Positions 38,301-52,200 of a stretch of DNA of 64,000 nt are shown piece after piece. The number at the start of each line of letters is the position of its first letter. Within the stretch, counting starts at the first letter, position 1. The notes under the pieces are model-generated. The model made no database searches. It was not told the DNA's origin and saw only the letters and a list, made by a program, of their open reading frames with translations. Where the stretch lies: contig NEEC01000013.1 of NCBI GenBank assembly GCA_002189035.1, positions 2,480,001 to 2,544,000 of the forward strand, given 5' to 3'. A program made the position numbers and the translations under genes. The DNA is from Utricularia gibba. Its lineage: Eukaryota > Plantae > Magnoliophyta.

Positions 38301-41300
38301 ATCCTAATGTCTCTTACTTGACTTGCCTTTCTATTTAGAGGGGTGAGCTTAGAAAGCCTAAGTGTTGAACAGCGTGATGCGTTGCTGCTCTTTCGTACTC
38401 TTTGTAAGGTTTGTGCATCAGCGTAGTAGCACTACCACTAATTCTAAGGCTTCTTATCCTATCAGAGTTATCTGATCTTAAAATGTGCTGGCAGATGGGC
38501 ATGAAAGAGGACAAAGATGAAATTACAACAAAAACTCGTGTTCTTTCATTGGAGCTTCTGCAGGTCAGCTTTTCACTTCTGATATTCAAAAATGTATTTT
38601 TGCAATCAGCGTATATGAAAATGTGCCATTTTACTTCTGGATTCTAGGTTTGCATTATGTTTTTTTTTTTCACATGACACTATTATGTGATCTCCTATAT
38701 AATTCTGTTTTGATCAGTGCCATGCTTCAAATTTCTTCATTTGAAATGTGTTCCAACCTGCCTCCAGAGCTATTTCTTTGTGATTTTTAACTCATTGTAA
38801 CATTCACTTTTTTTGCTTCTATGTATGCCTGTTTTTATTAATAAATTTGTGCTCTCTGATATTACTGTGGGTGGGGGGACACCTTCGATTCATGAATATA
38901 ATTCCCTATTTTGATCATTTCTTCTTTGATCTGTCCATTAGCATTCGTGCAATTTGCTTGTTTTAATGGTCACCTACTTCGCTCATTGTCCTTCATCCTT
39001 TGAACTTTTTTGTCTAATATTTATTTGAGTGTATTGGATGTCTTCAAGAGCTCAAAATATATTTTCAAAAAATTGTGTGGTGAATTTTTGTTCCTTTTTT
39101 GTTGAAGGGCTGCAGAAAACATGTTTAGGTGCTAAAATTTTACATTTTATTTTCTGTATATAGGGTTTGCTGGAAGGTGTTAATGTCCTTTTCACCAAAG
39201 ACTTCACTTTCATTGACTTAATCAAGGCTCATCTCTCATACACTTTATTACGAGCATCTCTCTCTGTTTCTCCAGTAATATTTCAGGTATACTTTTCAAA
39301 AATGCCTTTGTGAGTGATATCTTCAACGGCTTCTTCTTGATCTTCTAAAATATCTTCCTCCTACATTTTAGTATGCAACAGGAATTTTTGCAGTTCTGTT
39401 GTTGCGTTTCAGGGAAAGCCTCAAGGTACAGATATTTTGTTTTCTTATCACCTCATATTTGATTTTCTACAGTGCTTGAGTATGGTGCTTAATCTTTCTG
39501 TAGGCTGAAATTGGTGTCTTCTTTCCCATGATTATTTTACGGTCTTTGGATGGCTCAGATCTTAACCAGAAATTAAATGTCCTTCGGTATGAAATTCCAA
39601 CCATTATTGCTTCGTTACACTTTCTGCTGAAAATGCTCTTTCTTTGGTGAGAAAAAATAAATACGTAAAAGATACAATGTTTCATCTGCTTTCCACAGCA
39701 TTGTGAAATGTATTCAAGTGCTATCAAATGGTTACTGCGATACGATTAGCACACCAATTTTTCTTCTTAGCTGTATCCAATGGAGTTTTCCCCTTGTGAT
39801 CTTTTGTTCACAGAGAATCATCCCTCATGCATCTAAATCTTTGATGCTTTTTCTGCTTCGAAATATATGTATCAGCAAGGAAATCGACTTTTGCCCCTTC
39901 CTTATTATCCATGTCGTGGCCGCATTAACACTTTTCTATCCTGTTTGAACTCTCTTTTCCAGGCTCTTGAGTGCTGCTACATGTGTGAAAACCTTAGTTC
40001 TTATAACCAGTGGTTTTTATGCAATGCATTTCAGGATGCTGGAGAAAGTATCCAAAGATCCTCAGATGCTTGTAGATTTGTATGTGAATTATGATTGTGA
40101 CTTGGAAGCACCAAATTTATTCGAAAAGATGGTAAGGTTTATTGTTGAATTCATTACCAGCATTTTTACACTTCCCAAGTTTCTTATATTTTGTCTTAGA
40201 TCGCATCGTTATCCAAAATTGCTCAAGGCAATCTCAATATAGACCCAAAGACTGCAATCACATCACAGGCTGGATCAATTAAAACAGCATCTCTTCAGGT
40301 TTGCCACTGGGCTATTATTTTTTACCAGCATTTTCTTCGTATGATTTGTTTTTTCCAAATATCCTCTTTAGGGTCTCGTGAACGTGCTCAAGTCTCTAGT
40401 GCGTTGGGAAGAATCTCGTAGACAACTAGAAAACAGCAACAAGGCCATTGAAACCTCTGATGATGATACATCAGCTGAATATCATGATGATGCAAGACGT
40501 AAGGAATCTTCACAAAGCAATATTGAGAAATTGAAAGCGCAGAAAGCCACTATAGAAGCTGTCGTGTCTGAGGTAAATTATTGCATTGCTTCCTGATTTT
40601 GTGTAAACTTACTTACTGAAAAGAGGTTCTTGAATTCCTGTAATGCTGTGAGAACTCAGATGTTTTGTTTATATATTACAGTTTAACCGTAAGCCAGAGA
40701 AGGGAATAGAGCATTTAATTTCTACAGGGCTCGTTGAGGGGAACCCCAGTGCAGTTGCTCTGTTTCTTAGGAATACTCCTAACATAGACAAGGTGGAAGA
40801 TTTTCCATATTTTTGGCAGCATAATTTCCCCATACAATTAATCTTATAGGAACTTCTTACCTGTTTAATTATCAGGTTAAGCTTGGAGATTACCTAGGTC
40901 AACATGAAGAATTTCCTCTTGCTGTCATGTATGCTTATGTCGATTCCATGAATTTCTCTGGATTTAAGTTTGACCGTGCAGTTCGTGAGTTTCTCAAAGG
41001 ATTTCGGCTTCCTGGTGAGGCTCAAAAGATAGATCGCATAATGGAAAAGTTTGCTGAGCGGTATGTACTTTCTCTATTTTTACAGTTTCTTCAATGGTTG
41101 CAGGTATCATCTATCTCACATTACACCATATCAATTGTAACTGGTACTCAGAAAATGATGTCATGCTTGTGCATTGAGTCATCTCATCTTGATCACAATA
41201 AACATAGATGCACAAATGGTTTGTTTGACATATTCATCTGTGGGTGGTAATTATCTTTTTCTCGAGATGTAAGCTAGTTTGTAATTTTCTTGATAGATAT

Positions 41301-44300
41301 GCTAGTTTGTGTTTAAGATCATCAGCGAGTTGGAAGAAGTGATCAAAATAAAACTTTATTAGATTTTTTAGCGATCATTTTATATCAAGTAATAATCTTG
41401 ATAGATATGCTAGTGGTGTCTAGAATTGAATGATTTTTTTTGACCAGATACTGTGCTGACAATCCGGGTCTCTTCAAAAATGCAAACACAGCATACATTC
41501 TTGCATATGCGGTTATTATGTTGAATACTGATGCCCATAATCCTTTGGTGTGGCCAAAAATGTCAAAAAAGGACTTCATTCGCATGAATGAAATGAATGA
41601 TGCTGAAGAATCTGCCCCTGTAGAACTTCTGGAAGAGATATATGAATCAATTGTGCAGGAAGAGATAAAAATGGATGTTGATTCAGCTGGATATATGAAA
41701 ACTGGTCAGCAGAAATCAGATGTTGGAGAGAAAGGTCTCATCAATATTCTCAACCTTGCACTTCCTAAGAGGACATCTTCAAATGATTCTAAGCCAGAGA
41801 GTGATGTAATAGTCAAACAAATTCAAGCTGTGATAAGGGACAAGGGAGGGAAACGTGGGGTATTTTACACTTCTTACAGGGTTGAACTTGTACGCCTTAT
41901 GGTGGAAGCAGTGGGATGGCCGTTACTTGCTACCTTTGCTTTTACCATGGGTGAAATTGACAACAGACCAAGGATCACCCTTTGTATGGAAGGATTCAAG
42001 GATGGTGTGCACATAACTCATGCACTTGGAATGGATACCATGCGTTATGCCTTTTTGACATCATTGGTTAGGTAGTTCACTTCTGCTAGTGAGTTTTATT
42101 ATCTTATGTATCTGAGTGGGTAATGCATGTGTTTATATTTGTGATATTTTTTTATGTTCTTAGGTGTGTGATCTGTATCATTCTACATTTTATTATGTAG
42201 GTAGAAAATGTGCATAGTTTGATTTTCAGAAAAAACAATTCTAACTGCATATATAACTTTATTTTCTCATATGCATCATTTTCAAGGTGCCAAATAACTT
42301 TTGGGTCAGTGAGTTGTTTGACTTTCCATAATTAGGACTCACCATTGGTGGTTCAGCTCAATTTTAAGAGTTGAGTTCCTTATTATTTTACGTGTATGCA
42401 TTGAATATTGTAGGTATAACTTCTTACATGCACCAAAAGACATGCGTGGGAAGAATGTAGAGGCACTACGCACTCTTCTTTCATTATGTGATACTGAGAT
42501 ATATGCCTTTCAAGACTCATGGTTTGCCGTCTTGGAATGCATCTCGCGCCTAGAATATACAGTCTCCTGGCCTCCTATGACTGCATCTGTTATGCAAGGA
42601 ACAAATCAAATCTCAAGAGATTTTATTATACAGTCGCTGAAGGAGCTAGCGGGAAAGCCAACTGAACAAGTTTTCTTGAATAGCATCAATCTTCCCAGTG
42701 AAGTGGTGGTGGAGTTTTTTACTGCATTGTGCACTGTTTCGGCTGAGGAATTAAAGCAGGTTCCTGCTCGTGTATTCAGCTTGCAAAAGGTTGTTGAGAT
42801 TAGCTATTATAATTTGGCTCGTATCCGCATGGTAATTCCTTTTCCTTTTAGTTATGATTTGTTTAAAATTCGGGGCCTTGGATTTTTCGTTGTCTTTGTT
42901 TTCTGCTTTGCTCTTGATCTGGTTGTTTTAATATTTTATGATATTTACGCATTTTCCTGTTTACTTTTATTATACTAGGAGTTATCCCTTCGTTTAATAT
43001 TTTTATTCTATTGAAGTGGTTTGTTTTTGGACCTTGGATTGGTTGCCCCTCAGCATATGCCTGCATTGAACCACTGAAAATTATTGCCATTGTTTGTTAG
43101 GTTTGGGCAAGAATATGGTCTATATTAGCGCATCATTTTATATTTGCTGGGAGCCACCCTGATGAAAAAGTTGCTCAGTATGCAATTGATTCTCTGCGGC
43201 AACTTGCAATGAAGTATTTGGAGCGGGCTGAACTTTCAAACTTCAGTTTCCAGAATGATATCTTAAAGCCATTTGTTGTTCTTATCAGAAGCAACAGAAA
43301 TGATTCTATTCGAAGGCTTATTGTGGACTGTGTTATTCAAGTATGCATTTTAGCATTTCATCTTAATCTTATCTTGTCTTCTGTGATATTTCATATTTCA
43401 AATATTTTCATTGGTACGACAGATGATCAAATCTAAAGTTGGAGGCATTAAATCTGGTTGGCGAAGTGTATTCATGATTTTCACTGCTGCTGCTCATGAC
43501 AGTATGGAAACCATAGTTGAGAGTGCATTTGAGAGTGTAGAACATGGTAAGTGCCAAATTACTCTGTAGTAACTTGCTTTATTCCAGAGCTTCAGAAAGC
43601 CCTTCTGACGCAAACGAATACTGCAGTTGTTTTGGAACACTTCGATCAGGTTGTTGGGGACTGCTTTATGGATTGCGTCAATTGTCTAATTGGGTTTGCC
43701 AATAATAAGGGTTTCCATCGCATAAGTTTGAAGGCAATTGCTCTGCTTCGTATTTGTGAGGATCGCCTTGCAGAGGTTTGTCATGAATGTGAAATCCTTT
43801 TTACAAAGTGTCTGCTAAATTCTGTGTGTTATTATCCCATTTATTTTAGTTTCTTATGGCTTTATTGGCTGTTCTCAGAAATTATTGATCATAATAATTA
43901 CATCAATAAAGTTTCATAATATATAAAGAGAACCGGATTAGAGAATATTAAAAGTAGATGGGATAAAATCTGGATTTTAATAATCTTGGCGTTTTGTTAC
44001 TTCAGAGAGTGGTCATAGCTATTCATCTTTTGGATATTTTTGGTTATCGAAAATTTAAAATCACATGGGTTTCTAATTTTGAGCAGAAAATGAATAGAAA
44101 ACTAAAACATCTTTTGAATGGCTCATTCCATCATCAGTACGAAGCATTTTTTTATATATACATGGCCAGTAATCAGCAGTACGAGAATGTTGTATAAGTT
44201 AAAGTGGACCTCACATATGCCAGAGGTGCACTATAATAACAAATATTGTTCATTAGCAAAACTATCCTTGGAATTTTGCACAGAAAGTACAAAAGGAGAG

Positions 44301-47300
44301 GGTGATAGGTTGTTCCTTGCATGTGCTTTCAGTCTTGCAATATGCGCCTTTGAGGAATTTGAAGGTTTTGAAGCTAAATTTTTTATGTGCAGCTTTTTAC
44401 ACTCAGATTGATATTTTTAGATGGTTTTTCACCTTATATTTTCTGGGATGTCGATCTTCCTGTGAGCTCTTTTTCTCAGAAAGCATCATGGGGACCAGTT
44501 CACATGTCTTGTCCAATATAAATCATTTAGACCAATTTATGTTTTAATCAAATATGGATGGCGAAAAAACAAAATTTTAATTGCTTCTCGGTTTCCTCTT
44601 ACAGGGCCTTGTTCCCGGTGGAGCCCTTAAGCCTGTTGATATTAATGCTGATGAATCTTCTGATGTTACTGAGCACTATTGGTTCCCTATGCTTGCTGGC
44701 CTTTCTGATCTGACCTCTGACCCTAGATCAGAGGTCAGAAACTGTGCACTTGAGGTTTTATTTGATCTGCTGAATGAGAGAGGCAGCAAATTCTCTTCTT
44801 CATTTTGGGAAAATATTTTTCATAGGGTCCTGTTTCCTATTTTTGATAATGCACGGCATGCTGGAATTGACAATTCTACGTCTTCTGATGATGATTGGCT
44901 TCGTGAAAGCAGCATCCATTCATTGCAGCTTTTGTGCAACCTTTTTAACACCTTTTACAAGGTAATGTTAGATAAAGTCATTTTTCCAGTGGTTCTATTA
45001 AGTCTGTGGCAGTATCTGGACTTCTTTCAAAACATTGTAATATTGGATATTAGATCACGAATCATGAGATGTCTGGGTAAACCACTTGTATATATGAGCG
45101 CTATATATCTGGAATTAACCACTCATCTATGCAGTGGATTGTATTTGTATTTTGTGTAGCAAATTCCTATTTTTTTAGAATAATTTCCTAAAAATCCTTG
45201 GTGAGCTGTTAGAATAATTTACCCTCACTTTCTTTTTTTCTTTGTTACTTTTTCGGTTTTCACCATCTCCATTTGAACCAATAGCTGTGGGATGAACATG
45301 AATCTCTCTCGTTGATAATTAGACACTTTGTTTATGAACCATGCCTTTGTGGGTTTTTTCTACTTTCTATCTGCAGGATGTTTCTTTTATGCTGCCTCCA
45401 CTTCTCAGCTTATTGTTGGATTGTGCAAAGCAAGTGAATCAATCTTTGGTTTCTATATCCTTGAGTGCATTAGTTCATCTGGTTGAAGCTGGAGGGCACC
45501 AATTCAGTGATGATGTTTGGGACACTTTGTTAAAAAGTATAAGGTAACTAAACATGCTGTCCCTTCAACAGATTCATTTTATTTGTGAATTTACCTTTTT
45601 AATTATTTTCTTTCTTTGTGGCTTTATCTCTGTAACAGAGACGCTTCTTACACAACCCAACCACTTGAGCTTCTCAATACTCCGGAGGAACATAAATCTG
45701 CACTTGACCCTTCAACCCCGTATACTGATAAGAGTTACCATGGTGTATATGATGATGGTGATGCATCAGGAAGAAGTGTTGGTTTTGAAGGTGTTTCATT
45801 CGAGAATATTCAAGAAATTCGCTCTATGGATATGGATGGCTATGAGGGTTAGCTTCTGATGATATAAAGTGTTAATTTGTTGAAATTGAGGAATGCAGTC
45901 GAAGTCTTATTTCTAAAACTTATACTGTAGGCATTCCATCGCAATCTGGACAAACTACTGGACATTCTAATAATTCTGGTCTTCAGCGAAGTCAAACATT
46001 AGGACAGAAAATCATGGGCAATATGATGGACAATCTGTTTGTGAGAAGTTTTACATCAAAACCCAAAACCACTCCAAGTGATCTAGTGATGCCTTCCTCT
46101 CCATCGAAGGTTGGTAGTGCCATTTGTTTTATATTATTGTGTCTTCGTCTTCTTTGGCTGCAGGACACTTCAATAGGCAATGGAAATATAAAATGACGAG
46201 TACTGTGTGTGTGTGTGTGTGGTTGTGGGGAGGGGGGAGCATTTTGAATGTAGAAAAACCATTATGGAATGCTTTAATAACCATTGGAGAAAGTGAAATA
46301 GTATATATTTCATGCAGAACCAAAAGGTTGAACTGAGATTTTTGTAAGCAGAAGCAAGTCTGGAGAGAAGCATTTTTTTATGGGGATTTCTTCTTTTTTT
46401 TCAATGTAGTGCAATCCGAATATCATGGATGGTGTATATTTCGATAATGAAAGGTACTAAATGGTAGAATCTATAATGGAATTCAAGACAAAAGTTATCT
46501 ATGTAGAAGCTGGCATGAGGAGGAATTTATGAGTCTATATAGACTTCTTTCCTAATTTAGCATTTCTGTTAAAAATGATACAATTATTCTTCTATTCGAT
46601 ACTAGATTCCAAAGATTGCTGTGCGCTCTGCAATTGAGAAAGATGAAAGTCCTGTTCATGAAATCATTCGGAGTAAATGTGTTACCCAGTTGTTTCTCTT
46701 AGATGTCATTGATAGTATACAGGTACGAGACTAAAATTTAAGCATTTTTTCCAAGTTAATTATTTCACAGCTTAATTCAGCAGCTCATATTTTTGTGCAC
46801 AGTCACTATTATATGTGACATGGAGTACATCTCTTATTCAGAACAGTTTTATGGAATTGTTATCTATGGATATCCTTTTTCCACTCAGCCAATGTTGTGA
46901 TCATTTTTGAGGCACATGGTTGTACAATAGAAACATAAGTTTCCAGATTCTGCGATAATTTTGCCTGTTAATCGTTATCTATTATTTTTGTGCTTGCAGA
47001 AGAAGTATTGGAACAAATTGAATGCAGGGCATAAGATTTCCATTATGGAAACTTTGTTCTCTATCCTAGACTTTGCTGCCTCGTTCAATTCATTTTCTAA
47101 CCTCAGATTGCGGATATGCCACATTTCCTCTGAAAGGTTATTGATGTTTTTGTGTAAATCCATATAACATGAAAATGATTCTGGTTGCGCCTGTTCATCC
47201 ATCTGAACATTTTTTTTCTGTGGATAGACCATTGCAGAATCTTCTGCGTCAGGAATTAGCTGGAACTCGTATCTATCTTGATATCCTTCAGAAATCAACG

Positions 47301-48419
47301 GTGCCTGCAAACAGTTATGAAGGAGACTTGAGAGAACAAAGATTTGAAAGTGTAGCTGAAGAAAAGCTTATCTCTTTCTGTCAGAAGGTTTTGATAGAGG
47401 CATCTGAAATCCAAGCCACTATTATGGAATCAACCAACTCAGATATTTATCGAGTACTGGAACTTCGCTCTCCTGTTATTGTAAAGGTATACATAGATTA
47501 AGCAGTGGTCTTTTTCTCTTCGTCCCTTCCCTTGGCCCTTTGTTTGACGAGGTTTTTGGTGGGGGTGATTATAATCAGCTTTGTTTTTTTTATCAATCAA
47601 ACGGAAAATGTGGCTTTTGATTTAAGTGTGCCATGTTTTGCTGGCTGATGCCATGCATAGCACACATTTATTCCCAGTGCACTCTATGTGAGATTGTCAA
47701 AACCACTACTAAAAGCACTTGATAATTTATCGCCTCCTTTATACAAGTGAATGCCAAATTCTGTGTTCGCTGTTTTCTGGTTCAGGGAAACTTTTTTCTC
47801 TTGAAGTGTAGTATCCGTTTTTCACTGGCCTTCTGATATTCCAGGTGTTGAGAGGAATGAGTCAAATGAATACCAATATTTTCAGAAGCCACCTCAGGGA
47901 TTTCTATCCGTTGATCACAAAACTTGTATGCTGCGAACAGGTAAGCTCCATTTCCAAGTTTCTCGCCTTGCGATCAGGCTTTGTTTCCATCAATTCCAAC
48001 CCTTCTTTTGCTGCAATGCCTATGCTACGCATTCTAGTCAGTACTCTGTATTTCCAGTATATTCTGATCATCTGGTTTAGCATTTTCATGGAATCACATT
48101 TCAAGCTTACCCTCCATCACCACATGGTGACTGCCCCACGCCACCGTAGTCTAATCTGCATTTTTAGTGCGTCCATGTATCTGTTGACTCATTCCCATCG
48201 ACCTTGAAACTTCATCAGTCTGCATAATCCTTGTTTGCATTGCATATACGTAGAGCGCCAACAAACATGAATACAGATCGTTTGTTAGAGATTTCTTGCA
48301 TAAAGATCGCCTACACGAAACAATATTCCAGCATATCTGACTTGTGATTTTCGCAGATGGAAGTCCGTGGTGCGCTGTCGGACCTGTTCCAGAGGCAGCT
48401 CTACACACTAGTCCAGTAG
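35310..48419 (+). CDS. BIG5: Brefeldin A-inhibited ARF-GEF 5 (MIN7/BEN1); two apparent -1 frameshifts (36711-36714, 37832-37835)
   Basis: More than 30 exons. Start [32 protein letters not shown], Sec7 [20 protein letters not shown] and [16 protein letters not shown] motifs SGWRSVF and EHYWFPML, C-terminal LVCCEQ|[15 protein letters not shown]. Confidence 0.95.
46204..46220 (+). repeat. (TG)n microsatellite in a BIG5 intron
   Basis: tgtgtgtgtgtgtgtgt followed by a G-rich tract. Confidence 0.85.
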
Positions 48420-48806
48420 TGTTTTCAGTTAAAAGATGCAATACTCGTCTTGGAAATATGCAGAAGAATTCCATCCTCCTTACAACTTATGCATGGTTAT
48501 TACTTCGATTTTGGGGGAGATGAATGCTGGCTTTATCAATCAATTCATTCCTCTCTTATGCGTTGCATACTGCATTCTTGTGAAACTGAAGTGAAGAGAA
48601 TAGCACCAAACATGAGGTTTTATGATTGGCTTCTTGCTGCAGGATAAACAAGAAACCCCTAGATGAATATGTTGGGTGCACTTGTCACCCCAATGGAAGA
48701 TGAAGTTTCCCATAGAAACACACACATTGCAACCATTTCTCTGCCATAAAAAGGTTACAACACCCAAATCTCATATTGAAAAAAGAACCAACTCTGCACA
48801 AGCCAG

Positions 48807-48946
48807 CAACTTCCCTTGAGGCCTTTCTGATATCATCAGAACGTGCACTGTGATGCCATTATATCATAAAAGAGGACAGCCACCAACTTCCCTTGCTCTT
48901 TCTGATATCAAAACGTGCACTGTGATGCCATTATGTTATAAAAGAG
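48807..48946. repeat. Two-copy tandem repeat (77-bp period) downstream of BIG5
   Basis: caacttcccttg..ttctgatatca..aacgtgcactgtgatgccattat..ataaaagag starts at 48807 and again at 48884. Confidence 0.9.
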
Positions 48947-49698
48947 CATACTAAATGATTCTGTGCATGTGGGCAGGGAGGGGGGCCTGGGAGGTTCTTC
49001 TTTGTTTGGAAAGGGTGTGATTTGATTACCTACCTGCAAATCATGTCCACACGTGTGAGGCATGGCGTCCAAGTGGGCCACCCCCCACCACCACACGTGC
49101 ACGCAACTGTCAAGCAAACTCACCATACTAACAGGAAAAGACATAACGACCCCTGGGGTGTGACCATTTCAGTCCGGTTCCGTGGATTTTTTAAAATAAA
49201 AAATGCTTTTAATATTTGATAATAAAATTATTTTTGTAATTGTAATAAATAGACAGTATTATTACATCTATAGATTTCAATACGGGAGCAGAATAAATAC
49301 ATTTTTATTTGTAGAGGCTCATAAAATTGTCGCGTAGGGTGGCCTAAAACTTGATTTCTATTTAATAAATTTGATGATGACGTATTTAATTTCTGAATTA
49401 TTGTTCACCCAGAACTCAATGATTGAGGATATAAGGGTCGGGGTATGAAGGATGGCGGTGGACGCTATACCGGAGGGGAGGGGCTACGCCTATTGGACTA
49501 TGGAGCCGGATATGGTGGTTGTTCGCACAGAAGCCTTTTTCGTACGTTCACATCTGTGTATTTGGTGTGAAGTCCGCCGTCGCGTCCAGGACTTGCCTTC
49601 TGGCGGAAGCTAAATTTTGTATCTGGAGCTTGCTGCGGGATTTCGCCTGTTGCTGAACATGTGTTTTGTGCTCACTTTTTCTCTGGATTGAGTTGGCG

Positions 49699-51673
49699 AT
49701 GGCCAGGGGAGTTAACGGCGGAGTCGATGCCTTGGAGACGATAAACGCTGCCGCTACGGCGATTGCCGCCGTCGGGGCGCGTGGCGAGCGGGCTCCGGTT
49801 CAGGTATATGGAGTTTGAACTTCGAATTTCGGTTGATTTGAATTGAACCTCCTTTAGATGTTTCCGTTACTGAAAAATATTGGAGATCGGATGGGTATGA
49901 TCTGCTGATTTTTCCGTTCTAGTAATGATTGATTCTGGAATCAAGGTGTGCGGGATTTATACACAATTTGATTGCTTGCTGGTTATTGTTTCCTGATGGT
50001 TAGATCGTGTTCTGGAATTTTCAGTTGTCATGGATTTTATTTGAGTTCTGGAGCTTCGAAGAGTTCGTTAAGAATTATTAATATTCGAATAGGCGTGGCT
50101 TCCTCGCACCAGCTTGTGGAATCCTTTTCTGTTAGTCATCATATTTAGCTATTTTATGGTTGTCGACTAAAAATTTGTACATTATATGACTTAGACTGGT
50201 CTGTAATTAATATGGGATTACATGCTGAATTTCTTCTCTATAATATGGTGCGCGCCTTGCATGAGATTGCGCGGTTCATTGCATTTCCTCCCACTGATGT
50301 TAAGATCTTGGGTTAGTGTACTCTTGTCGATTATGAAATTCTCCCTAAACGAATGCTTGCGTTTTCTTCCAAATTTTTTGACCCTTACATTCATTTATCG
50401 GTTTTCTACCAAAGCTCAACTATTGTTATCAGGAATTAGTAACATGCTATATTACTCGTATCTTGCAGAAAAGATGGGGAAGCTGCTTCAGCATTGGTTG
50501 GTGTTTCGGGTTGAAAAAAAGCAAGAGAATTGGATCTGCCATTATTGTTCCAGATACCATAGTCTCCTATCCAGATTCTGTATCAACTCAGAGTGCATCC
50601 CAACAACCGTCTATGGTGCTGCCTTTTATTGCACCTCCTTCCTCTCCTGCATCATTTCTTCCATCAGAAACTCCTTCAGTAGTGCAATCGCCGACTGCCA
50701 CGATATCATCAGTAAGTATATCTGCTGGCATGTATTCTCCTGGTTGCACCCCCTCAATGTTTGCCATTGGCCCATATGCGCATGAGACTCAGTTGGTTTC
50801 TCCGCCTGTCTTCTCAAGCTTCCCCACAGAACCATCTACTGCACCTTACACTCCTCCCCTGAAATGGTACAGTTGACAACACCTTCTTCACCTGAAGTGC
50901 CATTTGCACAGCTTCTTGAGCCATGTCTACCTGGTGATGGAAATTGTCAAAGATACCAGTTCTCTCAGTATGAGTTTCAATACTATCATCTTCAACCTGG
51001 TAGTCCAGTGAGCCATTTGATCTCACCTTGTTCTGGTATCTCTTATTCTGGCACATCATCACCTCTCCGGGATAGTGAGTTCAGTAAGGCCATGAACCCC
51101 TTCCTATTGAAAGACTCCTCACCATCTCCTTACCCTGCTAAACTTCTGGATCTTGAGAAGATTGTACTTCAAGAATGGGGTTCGCATCCAGGCTCCACCA
51201 TAGGAACTCCAAGGGCCGGTTTGAATCAGCAAAATACAGATGTGCCTCCACTTTCAAGCACACCGAGTGGATTGGAAAATCATGAATCCCCAGCTGATCA
51301 CAGAGTTTCCTTCGATACTGGAGCTGAAGGCATGATAAAATCTCCACAAGGTATGGCCGTTGCCTGCCACAGGATGAAGAAGAACGTAGAGCGTGTACCA
51401 GAAGAAGAAGAAGACGACGAGGAGGCAGCAGTCATCATGCCACATGGAAACAAATGCGCATGCCCTGATTCTACCAACCCATCTGAGGAAGAGCACCGCC
51501 ATGAAAAGAACAGGAGAACAATCACCCTTGGATCATCCAAAGAATTCATGTTCGATGGTGTCGATGAAGTAAAACCGGATGAACCACAGATTGGTTCGTC
51601 TGTCTGGTGGACAAATGAAGCTGAGGATGGAAATTTACGTGAGAGCTGGCCCTTCTTCCCTGGGGTTAGCTGA
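49699..51673 (+). CDS. Proline-rich protein, At5g52430/At4g25620/At1g76660 family; one -1 frameshift at 50856-50859
   Basis: Exon 1 49699-49803 (LETINAAATAI); exon 2 from 50469 (KRWGSCFS, FIAPPSSPASFLPS, MFAIGPYAHETQLVSPPVFS, TTPSSPEVPFAQLL, SHLISP, HRVSF, LGSSKEFMFD, WPFFP). Confidence 0.88.
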
Positions 51674-52200
51674 AACTTAACTTAGGCTGCTCGGTGCTGA
51701 CACACATCCCAGGATTAAGATGGCTGTGTTCCTAACCACAGAAATATCAGATTAGAAGAAGAGCAGTTGAGATTTCCGTAGCCTATGAGAATTGTTCGTT
51801 GCTCTCTCTCGCTCAGTCTATCTCTGTATACATGTAATATATGTGTAAGGTAAAGTTGGTAAAAGTGGCTACTGGATCATAGTTTGATTGATGAATATTT
51901 TTTGAATACCAAAGGACTGAGATGCAAAGTTTGAACGAGTTGATAAAATCAGCGTGCGGTTTCGTGAGGGATATTCCAGCACTTCCCTCTGGGTCCCCAG
52001 TTGAGTCTACTTCTAGAATGAGGACAAGTCTTGTACGTGTGAAATGTCAAGTCTTTTTTTCTGCCGTTGATCAAAGTCCAGCTTGCTACATGATTTACAA
52101 GCGAGTGTGCGACTTTGTTCCCTTTGGTAGACCTTGACTGCTGCATCTTGTGCCTTATTTACAACTGAGTTTCTTTTCTGATGCAGCATAGTGTAAGAAG

